Assembly (NCBI RefSeq): GCF_042660085.1
Contig: NZ_JBHSTI010000002.1
Span: 360,001 to 392,000 of the forward strand
Source: Longivirga aurantiaca
Lineage (GTDB): Bacteria; Actinomycetota; Actinomycetes; S36-B12; CAIYMF01
Direction: 5' to 3'
DNA: 32,000 nt
The translations under genes were made by a program, and so were the position numbers. The stretch's first letter is position 1, and every line of letters begins with the position of its first letter. The notes beneath the pieces were generated by a model. The model saw only the letters and a program-made list of their open reading frames with translations. It was not told the DNA's origin and searched no databases. Of this stretch, positions 24,216 through 32,000 are shown piece after piece.

Positions 24216-24904
24216 GCCAGGAGCCGGCGGTAGAAGTCGACCGCGGCAGCAGGGGAGCCGTCGCACACGATCCGGCCCTCGTCGAAGACCAGGACCCGGT
24301 CGTACTCCGCCAGCAGCTCGAGGTGGTGGGTCACGAGCACCACCTGCTGCGGCAGCGACTCGAGCAGGGCTCCGATGCGGTGGGCGTTGCGGAGGTCGAG
24401 CAGCGTCGTCGGCTCGTCGAGCACGAGCACCGACGGCTCGGTGACGAGCACCGAGCAGAGGGCGAGCAGCTGCTTCTCGCCGCCCGAGAGCGAGTGGGCG
24501 GGGGAGTCTGCGAGCTCGGCGAGCCCGAAGTCGCCCAGAGCCTTCGTGACCAGCGCGGCCACCTCGGCGGCTGAGTGCCCGCGCCGCTTCAGCCCGAAGG
24601 CGACGTCCTCCTGCACGGTCGGCATCACGATCTGCGCGTCCGGATCGGTGAACACGAAGCCCACCCGCCGGCGGACCTGCTTGCCGTCCTTGTTCGCATC
24701 CAGCCCGTCGACGGTCACGCTGCCGCGGTCGGGCAGCACGAGGCCGTTGAGCAGACGCGCGAACGTCGACTTGCCCGAGCCGTTCGCGCCGATGACGCCG
24801 ATGCGCTGCTCGGCCAGGCGCACGCTGACGTCGTCGAGCACGGTCCGTCGGGCCGGGCCGGTCCCGAAGGCGTGCGTCACGCCGGTCAGCTCGATCACCG
24901 GCAT
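24212..24904 (-). CDS. ECF transporter ATPase component, EcfA/BioM-like
   Basis: The ATG at 24904 was placed by ORF-track frame arithmetic (MPVIELTGV); 230 aa. Has Walker A GANGSGKST, signature LSGGEKQ and Walker B VLVLDEP. Confidence 0.9.
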   Translation of the reverse strand: MPVIELTGVTHAFGTGPARRTVLDDVSVRLAEQRIGVIGANGSGKSTFARLLNGLVLPDRGSVTVDGLDANKDGKQVRRRVGFVFTDPDAQIVMPTVQEDVAFGLKRRGHSAAEVAALVTKALGDFGLAELADSPAHSLSGGEKQLLALCSVLVTEPSVLVLDEPTTLLDLRNAHRIGALLESLPQQVVLVTHHLELLAEYDRVLVFDEGRIVCDGSPAAAVDFYRRLLA

Positions 24905-26031
24905 CGCTCGACCACCATCGCGACACCCTGACCGCCTCCGGCCGCGATCGCGGCGAGCCCGTACCGCCCGCCGTCGCGCAGCACCAGCTGGCTGAAGAGG
25001 CGGACGACGAGCACCGCGCCGGATGCGCCCCACGGGTGCCCGAGCGCGAGCGCACCGCCCTCGGCGCAGACGCGCACCGGGTCGAGCCCGAGCGCGTCGC
25101 AGCAGGCGAGCACCTGCCCGGCGAACGCCTCGTTGATCTCGATGACGTCGAGGTCGTCGAAGCCGATGCCCGCCGCGATCACGGCACGCTCGACCGCCGG
25201 TACGAGGCCGATGCCGGGGCGTCGGGGGTCGACGCCCGCGGTCGCAGCCGCCAGCACGCGCAGGCCCGGGATCCCCAGCGCCTCATGGGTTTCCGCGTCT
25301 ACCACCGCCACCGCGGCGGCACCGTCGCTGATGCCGCACGAGTTGCCCGCCGTCACGGTACCGCCCTCGCGGAACGCGGGCCGCAGCCGGGCAAGCCGTT
25401 CGATGGTGAGCCCCTGGCGGGGGCGGTCGTCGTGCAGGACGTCGCCGACGGCGACGAGCTCTGCGTCGTACGATCCCGAGGCGATCGCCGCGGCCGCCCG
25501 GGCGTGCGACCGCGCGGCGTACTCGTCCTGACGCCCGCGGGTGATGCCGTGCTCCGCGGCGAGGAGGTCGTTCGAGACTCCCATGTCGGGGTCGAGCTCG
25601 GCGGTCGGTGCGAAGGGCGCGCGCTCGTAGCGCACAGGCTCCTCGCCCTCGTGCGGCGGCCACATCCGCCAGGGTGCCGTCGACACCGACTCGACGCCGC
25701 CTGCGAGCACCGCGCCGCGGTCGGCGCGCAGGGACGACGCCGCGACGGCGATGGCCGCGAGCCCGCTCGCGCACTGGCGGTCGACCGTGAGCGCAGGCAC
25801 CGAGACCTCGAAGCCGGCGGCCAGCGTCGCCACGCGGGCGACGTCGCCGCCCGGGCCCATGCAGTTGCCGAGGACGACCTCGTGGGGCTCGAGCCCGTGC
25901 TCGTCCAGCATCGGGCGCAGCCCGCGGAGCACGGTCGCTCCGAGGTCGGCAGCGGTCACCTCGGCGAGGGAGCGGCCGGAGGTGCCGATCGGGGTCCGCA
26001 GCGCGCCGACGATCACCGGGTGGCCGGTCAC
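24895..26031 (-). CDS. thiolase (acetyl-CoA C-acyltransferase family)
   Basis: GTG at 26031 forms a GTGA overlap with the upstream stop; 378 aa. Contains the VDRQCASGL catalytic Cys, NEAFA, and GHPWGASGA. Confidence 0.9.
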   Translation of the reverse strand: MTGHPVIVGALRTPIGTSGRSLAEVTAADLGATVLRGLRPMLDEHGLEPHEVVLGNCMGPGGDVARVATLAAGFEVSVPALTVDRQCASGLAAIAVAASSLRADRGAVLAGGVESVSTAPWRMWPPHEGEEPVRYERAPFAPTAELDPDMGVSNDLLAAEHGITRGRQDEYAARSHARAAAAIASGSYDAELVAVGDVLHDDRPRQGLTIERLARLRPAFREGGTVTAGNSCGISDGAAAVAVVDAETHEALGIPGLRVLAAATAGVDPRRPGIGLVPAVERAVIAAGIGFDDLDVIEINEAFAGQVLACCDALGLDPVRVCAEGGALALGHPWGASGAVLVVRLFSQLVLRDGGRYGLAAIAAGGGQGVAMVVERCR

Positions 26032-27044
26032 GGCGCGACCTCCACGCCATCGCCCGCAGCGATGCGCGCTGTCACTGCTGCCCGGTCGACCTTGCCGGCC
26101 GCGGTCAGCGGGAACGGCGTGAGCACGAACCAGCGGCGCGGCCGGTGCGACGCGGCGAGCTGTGCGCGCGACGTGGTGCGCAGCGGTTCGACGTCGTCCC
26201 TGTGCTCGAGCGCGGCGGCCACGACTGCTCCCAGCCGGGGATGCGGGATCCCGACGACGGCGAGCGCCCCGGTGGCACCTGCCCGCAGGCAGCCTTCCAC
26301 GTCGGCGACGTGCACGGTCGCACCGCCGGTGAGCACCACGTCGTCGCGCCCGTGCACCTGCAGCCGTCCGTCGGCGAGGCTGCCGCGGTCGCCCACCGTC
26401 GCGAACCGGTCCGCGCCCTGCAGGAAGGGTCCGTCGCCGTCGACGTACCCCGACGAGACGTACGCCGAGCGCACCCACACCACGCCGTCACGCACCTCGA
26501 GCTCGACGCCGGGGAAGGCGGTGAGGTCGTCCTCGTGCGTGCCCCACGCGACGAACGACAGCTCGGCCGCGCCGTAGTAGTGGCTCACCCGCAGGCCGGC
26601 GGCGGATGCCCTGTCGTGCAGCGCGATGCCGAGGCGGTCGCCCGCGACGACCGCGTGGACGCCGTCGAAGCGTTCCCCGGTGTCGAGCACGTCGTGCAGC
26701 GCCGACGGGGTCAGGAACCAGTGGGTGGCCGCGTGCGGCTCGTCCACGACGTCTGCGCCCAGGAACCGCGCGTGCACCGCTGCGAACAGGTTCATCGTGC
26801 CGGTCACAGGGGCCGGGATCCAGGCGCGCGAGGTGCGCGCGAGACCGGTGAGGGACTCGACGGGCGCGAACGAGTCGACCCACGACCAGGTGCTGCGGCG
26901 CACGATCCGGGGCGTGCCCGACGTGCCCGAGGTGCGCAGGAGCACGTCGTCGCCGGCCTCGTGCGCCGTGACGAAGGCCGCGACCGGGTCGGCCTCGGCG
27001 AGGAGGTCCCGTGCGCGGTCAGGCCGTGACGTCGACGGGTTCAT
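26028..27044 (-). CDS. short-form AMP-dependent synthetase/ligase (ANL family, about 338 aa)
   Basis: The AMP-binding P-loop TSGTSGTPR is at aa 39-47. Also has YGAAE, ATVGDRG and a C-terminal AAGKVDR. Lacks the usual ~150-aa N-terminal region, as in short MenE-like ligases. Confidence 0.8.
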   Translation of the reverse strand: MNPSTSRPDRARDLLAEADPVAAFVTAHEAGDDVLLRTSGTSGTPRIVRRSTWSWVDSFAPVESLTGLARTSRAWIPAPVTGTMNLFAAVHARFLGADVVDEPHAATHWFLTPSALHDVLDTGERFDGVHAVVAGDRLGIALHDRASAAGLRVSHYYGAAELSFVAWGTHEDDLTAFPGVELEVRDGVVWVRSAYVSSGYVDGDGPFLQGADRFATVGDRGSLADGRLQVHGRDDVVLTGGATVHVADVEGCLRAGATGALAVVGIPHPRLGAVVAAALEHRDDVEPLRTTSRAQLAASHRPRRWFVLTPFPLTAAGKVDRAAVTARIAAGDGVEVAP

Positions 27045-27615
27045 CGGCTGTCCGGCGCGGCGGGAGGAGGTCGGGCAGCGCCGAGTGCACGCCGCGCGCG
27101 ACGAGCGCTGCCACCACCATCTTCACGAGGTCGCCGGGGATGTAGATGGCGAGGAGCGCCAGTGCGGCCGCCGGTGCGTTGCCGCCCAGGGTCATCAGGC
27201 TGATCCAGCCGCCCAGGTAGAGCACGAGCGAGCCCACGACGTTGAAGGGGATGCCGTAGCGCACCTGGTACGGCGCCCCGCGGCGCTCGGTCAGCAGTCC
27301 GACGACCAGGGCCGCGAACGGGAAGGCCCAGAGGAACCCGGCGTACGGCGTGGTGAACACGCCGAAGCCGCCGCGGCCTCCGGAGAGGAGGGGGAGCCCG
27401 ATCGCCACGAGGGCGAGGAACAGCGCGACCGACAGGAAGCCACGGCGCGCGCCGAGCACGGCGCCCGCGAGCACGACGCCCATCGACTGCAGCGTGATCG
27501 GGGCAGGGAACCCGGGGACGAACACTGCGGGCACCAGGCCGAGGGCTGCGATGACGCCGGCGAAGACGGCGACGAGGGCGAGGTCGCGCGCGGGGCGTCG
27601 GGCAGGAGCGGTCAC
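27019..27615 (-). CDS. bioY: biotin transporter S component BioY
   Basis: 198 aa, GTG start. Contains PITLQSMGVVLAGAVLG, GLPLLSGGRGG, YAGFLWAFPFAA and YIPGDLVKMVVAA, all characteristic of BioY. Confidence 0.88.
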   Translation of the reverse strand: MTAPARRPARDLALVAVFAGVIAALGLVPAVFVPGFPAPITLQSMGVVLAGAVLGARRGFLSVALFLALVAIGLPLLSGGRGGFGVFTTPYAGFLWAFPFAALVVGLLTERRGAPYQVRYGIPFNVVGSLVLYLGGWISLMTLGGNAPAAALALLAIYIPGDLVKMVVAALVARGVHSALPDLLPPRRTADEPVDVTA

Positions 27616-28075
27616 AGGATCCTCCGGGGCGGACGGGGTCGGGCAGAGGCAGGCTACGGCCGCCGTGATCCCCGGCGGGAGCCGCCTGCGGCTCGCCGGG
27701 TGGAGCGGTCGCTACGGAGAAGGTTCCGGGACCGGTGTCGAAGACCCGTCCCAGGTTCTCCTCAGGTGCTGCCGCCGCCCGCCGATGGGGCGACAAGGAC
27801 CGGTCTGGCCGGCCCGCATCACGGCATCGGTGCACGGAGGCACCCCGCATGACGACTCTCACCCTGGATCGCGACGAGCGTGGACGGCGCCGCGGCGATC
27901 GCCGGCCAGATGCTGGCGCTGCCCGTTGCCGACGTGGCGCTGCCGGGCGGCGGCGTCGTGAGCGCTGACGCCTGATCCCACCGCGCAGCCACGGCCGCGA
28001 CATCCTTGCCCCTCGGGTCACTGCGCCGGAGGATGAGCCTCTCCGGTCATGGCGGCCGGTGCAGGAGGCTGGGCG

Positions 28076-28534
28076 ATGACGACGCAGTGGTCGGCCGAGG
28101 CGGCTGCGCGCGTGATCGCCGAGCACTCCGGCGTTCGCGGCCCCTTGCTGCCGGTGCTGCACGCGCTGCAGGAGGAGTTCGGCTACGTCGACCCCGCCGC
28201 GGTGCCGCTCGTCGCGAAGGCCCTGAACCTGTCGCGCGCCGACGTGCACGGCGTCCTCACGTTCTACTCCGACTTCCGTACGACACCCCCGGGGCGCCGC
28301 CGCGTCGGGGTGTGCCGGGGTGAGGCCTGCCAGTCAGTCGGCGGCCGGTCGCTCGCCGAGCACGCCACGTCGTCCCTCGGCATCCCGATGGGGGGGACGA
28401 CTCCGGACGGCGGGGTGAGCCTCGACCAGGTGTTCTGCCTCGGGCTCTGCTCGGTCGCGCCGGCCGTCCTCGTGGACGGCCGAGGCGTCGGCCGCGTGGA
28501 TGCCGCGACGTTCGACGGGCTGGTGTCGTCGTGA
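28076..28534 (+). CDS. fdsG: NAD-dependent formate dehydrogenase gamma subunit (NuoE-like, 2Fe-2S)
   Basis: ATG at 28076 is preceded by AGGAGG (the ORF-track start is 28049). Contains LLPVLHALQEEFGY, VCRGEACQ and FCLGLCSVAPA. Confidence 0.85.
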   Translation: MTTQWSAEAAARVIAEHSGVRGPLLPVLHALQEEFGYVDPAAVPLVAKALNLSRADVHGVLTFYSDFRTTPPGRRRVGVCRGEACQSVGGRSLAEHATSSLGIPMGGTTPDGGVSLDQVFCLGLCSVAPAVLVDGRGVGRVDAATFDGLVSS

Positions 28535-30114
28535 CCACCACCGTCTACGTGCCCGGCGACTCCGCGGCCCGCGCCGTCGGAGCTGATGCCGTCGTGGTCG
28601 CGCTCGAGTCCGAGGCTGTGCTGCGCGGGCTCGACCTGCGCATCGTGCGCAACGGATCGCGCGGGCTGCACTGGCTCGAGCCGCTGGTCGAGGTGTCGAC
28701 GCCGTCGGGACGGGTCGCCTACGGGCCCGTGACGGCAACCGACGTCGCGGGCCTGCTCGACGCCGGGATGCTCGACGGGGCGACCCATCCGCTGGGCCAC
28801 GGCCCCACCGACTCCCTCGACTGGCTGGCCCGGCAGCAGCGCGTCACGTTCGCACGGGTCGGCGTGGTCGACCCGCTGTCGGCGTCGGACTACGAGGCGC
28901 ACGGGGGCCTCGCGGGTCTGCGCGCGGCGCTGGCGATGGCTCCCTCCGACGTGGTGGCCGCGGTGACCGACAGCGGCCTGCGCGGCCGTGGCGGCGCAGG
29001 CTTCCCCGCAGGCATCAAGTGGCGCACGGTGGCCGACGCCCGGTCGACGGTGAAGTTCGTCGTCGCCAACGCCGACGAGGGCGACAGCGGCACCTTCGCC
29101 GACCGCATGCTCATGGAGGGCGATCCCTTCACCCTCATCGAGGGCATGGCTATCGCGGCGTACGCCGTCGGCGCGGGCGAGGGCTTCGTCTACATCCGGT
29201 CGGAGTACCCGGACGCCGTCCGCGTGATGCGCCGTGCGATCGAGGCAGCGACGGACGCGGGCTGGCTGGGCGCCGACGTTCTCGGCAGCGGCTTCTCGTT
29301 CGACCTGCAGGTGCGCGTGGGCGCCGGCGCCTACATCTGCGGCGAGGAGACCGCGATGCTCGACAGCATCGAGGGCAAGCGCGGCATGGTGCGGGCGAAG
29401 CCGCCGCTGCCCGCGCTGTCCGGGCTGTTCGGCCGACCGACCGTCATCAACAACGTGCTCACGCTCGCGACCGTGCCGATGGTGCTGGCGCAGGGGGCCG
29501 GGGCCTACGCGTCTCTGGGGATCGGGCGCTCCCGTGGCACCCAGGTCTTCCAGCTCGCCGGCAACGTCGCGCAGGGCGGCATCGTCGAGACGGCGTTCGG
29601 GCTGTCGCTGCGCGACCTCGTCGAGGGCTACGGCGGCGGCACGGCGTCCGGTCGCGCGGTGAAGGCGGTGCAGGTGGGCGGGCCGCTCGGCGCGTACGTG
29701 CCGGCATCCGGCCTCGACGTCGCGATGGGGTACGAGGAGCTCGCCGCCACGGGCGCGATGCTCGGGCACGGCGGTGTCGTGGTGTTCGACGACACCGCCG
29801 ACATGGGGCAGCAGGCCCGGTTCGCGATGGAGTTCTGCGCCGAGGAGTCGTGCGGCAAGTGCACACCGTGCCGCGTCGGCGCGGTGCGCGGGGTCGAGGT
29901 GATCGACCGCATCCTCGTCGGCCCGCCCGAGTCGCGGCGTGACGAGCTGGCCGTCCTCGAGGACCTCTGCGAGCTCATGGCCGACGGCTCGCTGTGCGCG
30001 ATGGGCGGGCTGACGCCCAACCCCGTGCGCAGCGTGATCCGGCACTTCCCTGCCGAGCTCGGCCTCGAACCGCTGGTCGAGGCGCCCACCCTGGGGGAGA
30101 GTGGGCAGCGATGA
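28531..30114 (+). CDS. fdsB: NAD-dependent formate dehydrogenase beta subunit (NuoF-like, FMN/NAD, 4Fe-4S)
   Basis: GTGA overlap with fdsG; 527 aa. Contains GLRGRGGAGFPAGIKW, NADEGDSGTFADR, YICGEETAMLDSIEG and ESCGKCTPCR. Confidence 0.92.
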   Translation: MTTTVYVPGDSAARAVGADAVVVALESEAVLRGLDLRIVRNGSRGLHWLEPLVEVSTPSGRVAYGPVTATDVAGLLDAGMLDGATHPLGHGPTDSLDWLARQQRVTFARVGVVDPLSASDYEAHGGLAGLRAALAMAPSDVVAAVTDSGLRGRGGAGFPAGIKWRTVADARSTVKFVVANADEGDSGTFADRMLMEGDPFTLIEGMAIAAYAVGAGEGFVYIRSEYPDAVRVMRRAIEAATDAGWLGADVLGSGFSFDLQVRVGAGAYICGEETAMLDSIEGKRGMVRAKPPLPALSGLFGRPTVINNVLTLATVPMVLAQGAGAYASLGIGRSRGTQVFQLAGNVAQGGIVETAFGLSLRDLVEGYGGGTASGRAVKAVQVGGPLGAYVPASGLDVAMGYEELAATGAMLGHGGVVVFDDTADMGQQARFAMEFCAEESCGKCTPCRVGAVRGVEVIDRILVGPPESRRDELAVLEDLCELMADGSLCAMGGLTPNPVRSVIRHFPAELGLEPLVEAPTLGESGQR

Positions 30115-32000
30115 GCATCATCGATCTCGGCACCCCGGCCGTCCCGGGCGAGCGCACGGTCGACGTCGTCGTTGACGGCGTCCCGGTCTTCGTCGCGCCC
30201 GGCACGTCGGTCATGCGCGCAGCGGCCGAGGCCGGCGTGGCGATCCCCAAGCTCTGCGCCACCGACTCGCTGGACGCGTTCGGCTCGTGCCGCCTCTGCC
30301 TCGTCGAGGTCGAGGGCAGGCCCGGCACCCCGGCGTCGTGCACCACGCCCTGCACCCCGGGCATGCGCGTGCAGACGCAGACGCCGAAGGTCGAGAAGCT
30401 GCGCCGCGGGGTCATGGAGCTCTACATCTCCGACCACCCGCTCGACTGCCTCACCTGCCCGGCGAACGGTGACTGCGAGCTGCAGGACATGGCCGGCGTC
30501 GTCGGTCTGCGCGAGGTCCGCTACGGCATGGACGGCGCCAACCACCTCGACGCCCCCACCGACGACAGCAACCCGTACTTCTCGTTCGACGCGAGCAAGT
30601 GCATCGCCTGCTCGCGGTGCGTGCGCGCCTGCGGCGAGACGCAGGGCACCTTCGCCCTCACGATCGAGGGGCGCGGGTTCGCGTCGAAGGTGTCGGCGAG
30701 CGCCGCCGAGCCGTTCATGTCGAGCGAGTGCGTCTCGTGCGGCGCGTGCGTGCAGGCGTGCCCGACGTCGACACTGCAGGAGAAGACGGTCATCGACCTG
30801 GGCACGCCGACCCGCAGCGTGAAGACGACGTGCGCCTACTGCGGCGTCGGCTGCTCGTTCGTCGCCGAGCTGCGCGGCGACCAGCTCGTGCGCATGGTTC
30901 CCGACAAGGACGGCGGCGCGAACGCCGGCCACAGCTGCGTCAAGGGCCGCTTCGCCTGGGGCTACGCCACGCACCGAGACCGCCAGCTCGAGCCGATGGT
31001 GCGGGGCTCGATCGCCGACGAGTGGCGCGTCGTCTCGTGGGACGAGGCGATCGCCTACGCCGCCGAGCGGTTTCTGGCGATCCAGCGCGACCACGGGGTC
31101 GGCGCGATCGGCGGAATCACCTCGTCGCGCTGCACCAACGAGGAGGTGTACGTCGTCCAGAAGATGATCCGGGCGGCGTTCGGCAACAACAACGTCGACA
31201 CCTGCGCCCGCGTCTGCCACTCGCCCACGGGATACGGGCTCAAGCAGACCTTCGGCACCTCGGCCGGGACGCAGGACTTCGAGTCGGTCGCGCACTCCGA
31301 CGTCATCGTGGTGATCGGCGCGAACCCCACCGACGGGCACCCGGTGTTCGCGTCGCGGATGAAGAAGCGACTGCGTGCCGGGGCGAAGCTCATCGTGATC
31401 GACCCGAGGCGCATCGACCTCGTGCGGTCCCCGCACGTGGAGGCGGCGTACCACCTGCAGCTGCAGCCGGGCACGAACGTCGCGATCGTCAACGCGATCG
31501 CGCACGTGGTGGTGACCGAGGGCCTGGTCGACCGGGACTTCGTCGCCGCCCGCTGCGAGGACGACTCGTTCGCGCAGTGGGAGACGTTCATCGCGCAGCC
31601 CGAGAACAGCCCGGAGGCGCTCGAGGCCGTCACCGGCGTGCCCGCTGCCGACGTGCGTGCCGCGGCACGGCTCTTCGCGACCGGGGGCAACGCCGCGATC
31701 TACTACGGCCTCGGCGTCACCGAGCACAGCCAGGGCTCGACCATGGTGATGGGCATGGCCAACCTCGCGATGGCTACGGGCAACATCGGCCGCACAGGCG
31801 TGGGCGTCAACCCGCTGCGCGGGCAGAACAACGTGCAGGGCTCGTGCGACATGGGCTCGTTCCCGCACGAGCTCCCCGGCTACCGGCACGTGAGCGACCC
31901 GGCCGTGCGCGGGATCTTCGAGGCCGTATGGGGCCGCGCGATCGACCCCGAGCCGGGCCTGCGCATCCCCAACATGCTCGACGCCGCCATCGCCGGCCGC
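30111..32000 (+). CDS. fdsA: formate dehydrogenase alpha subunit (Mo-bis-MGD, Cys type), 3' end outside the window
   Basis: ATGA overlap with fdsB. My translation gives MSIIDLG..., an N-terminal 2Fe-2S region CATDSLDAFGSCRLC, ferredoxin-like motifs CIACSRCVRAC and CVSCGACVQACP, CAYCGVGC, and the active-site region CARVCHSPT (Cys rather than Sec). It is absent from the ORF track because it has no stop within the window. Confidence 0.92.
   Translation, partial: MSIIDLGTPAVPGERTVDVVVDGVPVFVAPGTSVMRAAAEAGVAIPKLCATDSLDAFGSCRLCLVEVEGRPGTPASCTTPCTPGMRVQTQTPKVEKLRRGVMELYISDHPLDCLTCPANGDCELQDMAGVVGLREVRYGMDGANHLDAPTDDSNPYFSFDASKCIACSRCVRACGETQGTFALTIEGRGFASKVSASAAEPFMSSECVSCGACVQACPTSTLQEKTVIDLGTPTRSVKTTCAYCGVGCSFVAELRGDQLVRMVPDKDGGANAGHSCVKGRFAWGYATHRDRQLEPMVRGSIADEWRVVSWDEAIAYAAERFLAIQRDHGVGAIGGITSSRCTNEEVYVVQKMIRAAFGNNNVDTCARVCHSPTGYGLKQTFGTSAGTQDFESVAHSDVIVVIGANPTDGHPVFASRMKKRLRAGAKLIVIDPRRIDLVRSPHVEAAYHLQLQPGTNVAIVNAIAHVVVTEGLVDRDFVAARCEDDSFAQWETFIAQPENSPEALEAVTGVPAADVRAAARLFATGGNAAIYYGLGVTEHSQGSTMVMGMANLAMATGNIGRTGVGVNPLRGQNNVQGSCDMGSFPHELPGYRHVSDPAVRGIFEAVWGRAIDPEPGLRIPNMLDAAIAGR

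Noticed and set aside
27976-28075. Possible Moco riboswitch upstream of fdsG (hairpin CCGGAG-GATGAGC-CTCCGG)
   Set aside because: Only a generic 6-bp hairpin is present, and I cannot recognise the conserved Moco-motif core. It would need a covariance-model scan.
1-32000. CRISPR arrays, rRNA genes, intact tRNAs, prophage or integrase genes, and recognisable defence-system cassettes
   Set aside because: None was seen. The only regularly spaced direct repeat is the 2 x 24-bp tandem at 1423-1470, which has no spacers. No cas, integrase or transposase-like translations appear in any frame.

Overview
Very GC-rich, actinobacterial-type chromosomal segment. Codon third positions are almost always G/C, and many neighbouring genes share 4-nt ATGA/GTGA stop-start overlaps. 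Exact GC content and taxonomy were not computed. I can support about 33 protein-coding genes, two riboswitches, a few hairpin terminators and several repeats; there are no rRNA genes, intact tRNA genes or CRISPR arrays. Gene order, left to right: MFS exporter; ParA-family ATPase plus a small basic partner with a ribbon-helix-helix (RHH)-like tail, next to CCCTCAGGG iterons; photolyase; IdeR; GGDEF cyclase; c-di-AMP riboswitch + NlpC/P60 hydrolase; a protein with two RNase III domains, start-overlapped with an SDR; bfaB/bfaA (10-methyl fatty acid pair); secreted sortase-like protein; mobA-DUF6457-fdhD; beta-lactamase-like hydrolase; WS/DGAT + SRPBCC; Mn2+ riboswitch-TerC-voltage-gated channel operon; a DUF222/HNH (REP13E12-type) gene bracketed by inverted hairpin repeats beside a tRNA-Ser-like remnant; acyl-CoA dehydrogenase; bioY-ANL ligase-thiolase-ecfA-ecfT; and fdsG-fdsB-fdsA (NAD-type formate dehydrogenase, alpha subunit runs off the window). 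The best candidates for something undescribed are: (1) the fused two-domain RNase III with one degenerate active site; (2) the hairpin-bounded HNH unit; (3) the Mn-riboswitch-controlled TerC plus atypical BacNav-like channel; (4) the biotin ECF transporter operon interrupted by CoA ligase and thiolase genes; (5) the ParA/RHH/iteron cassette. All functional calls come from motif recognition by eye. No database search was run.
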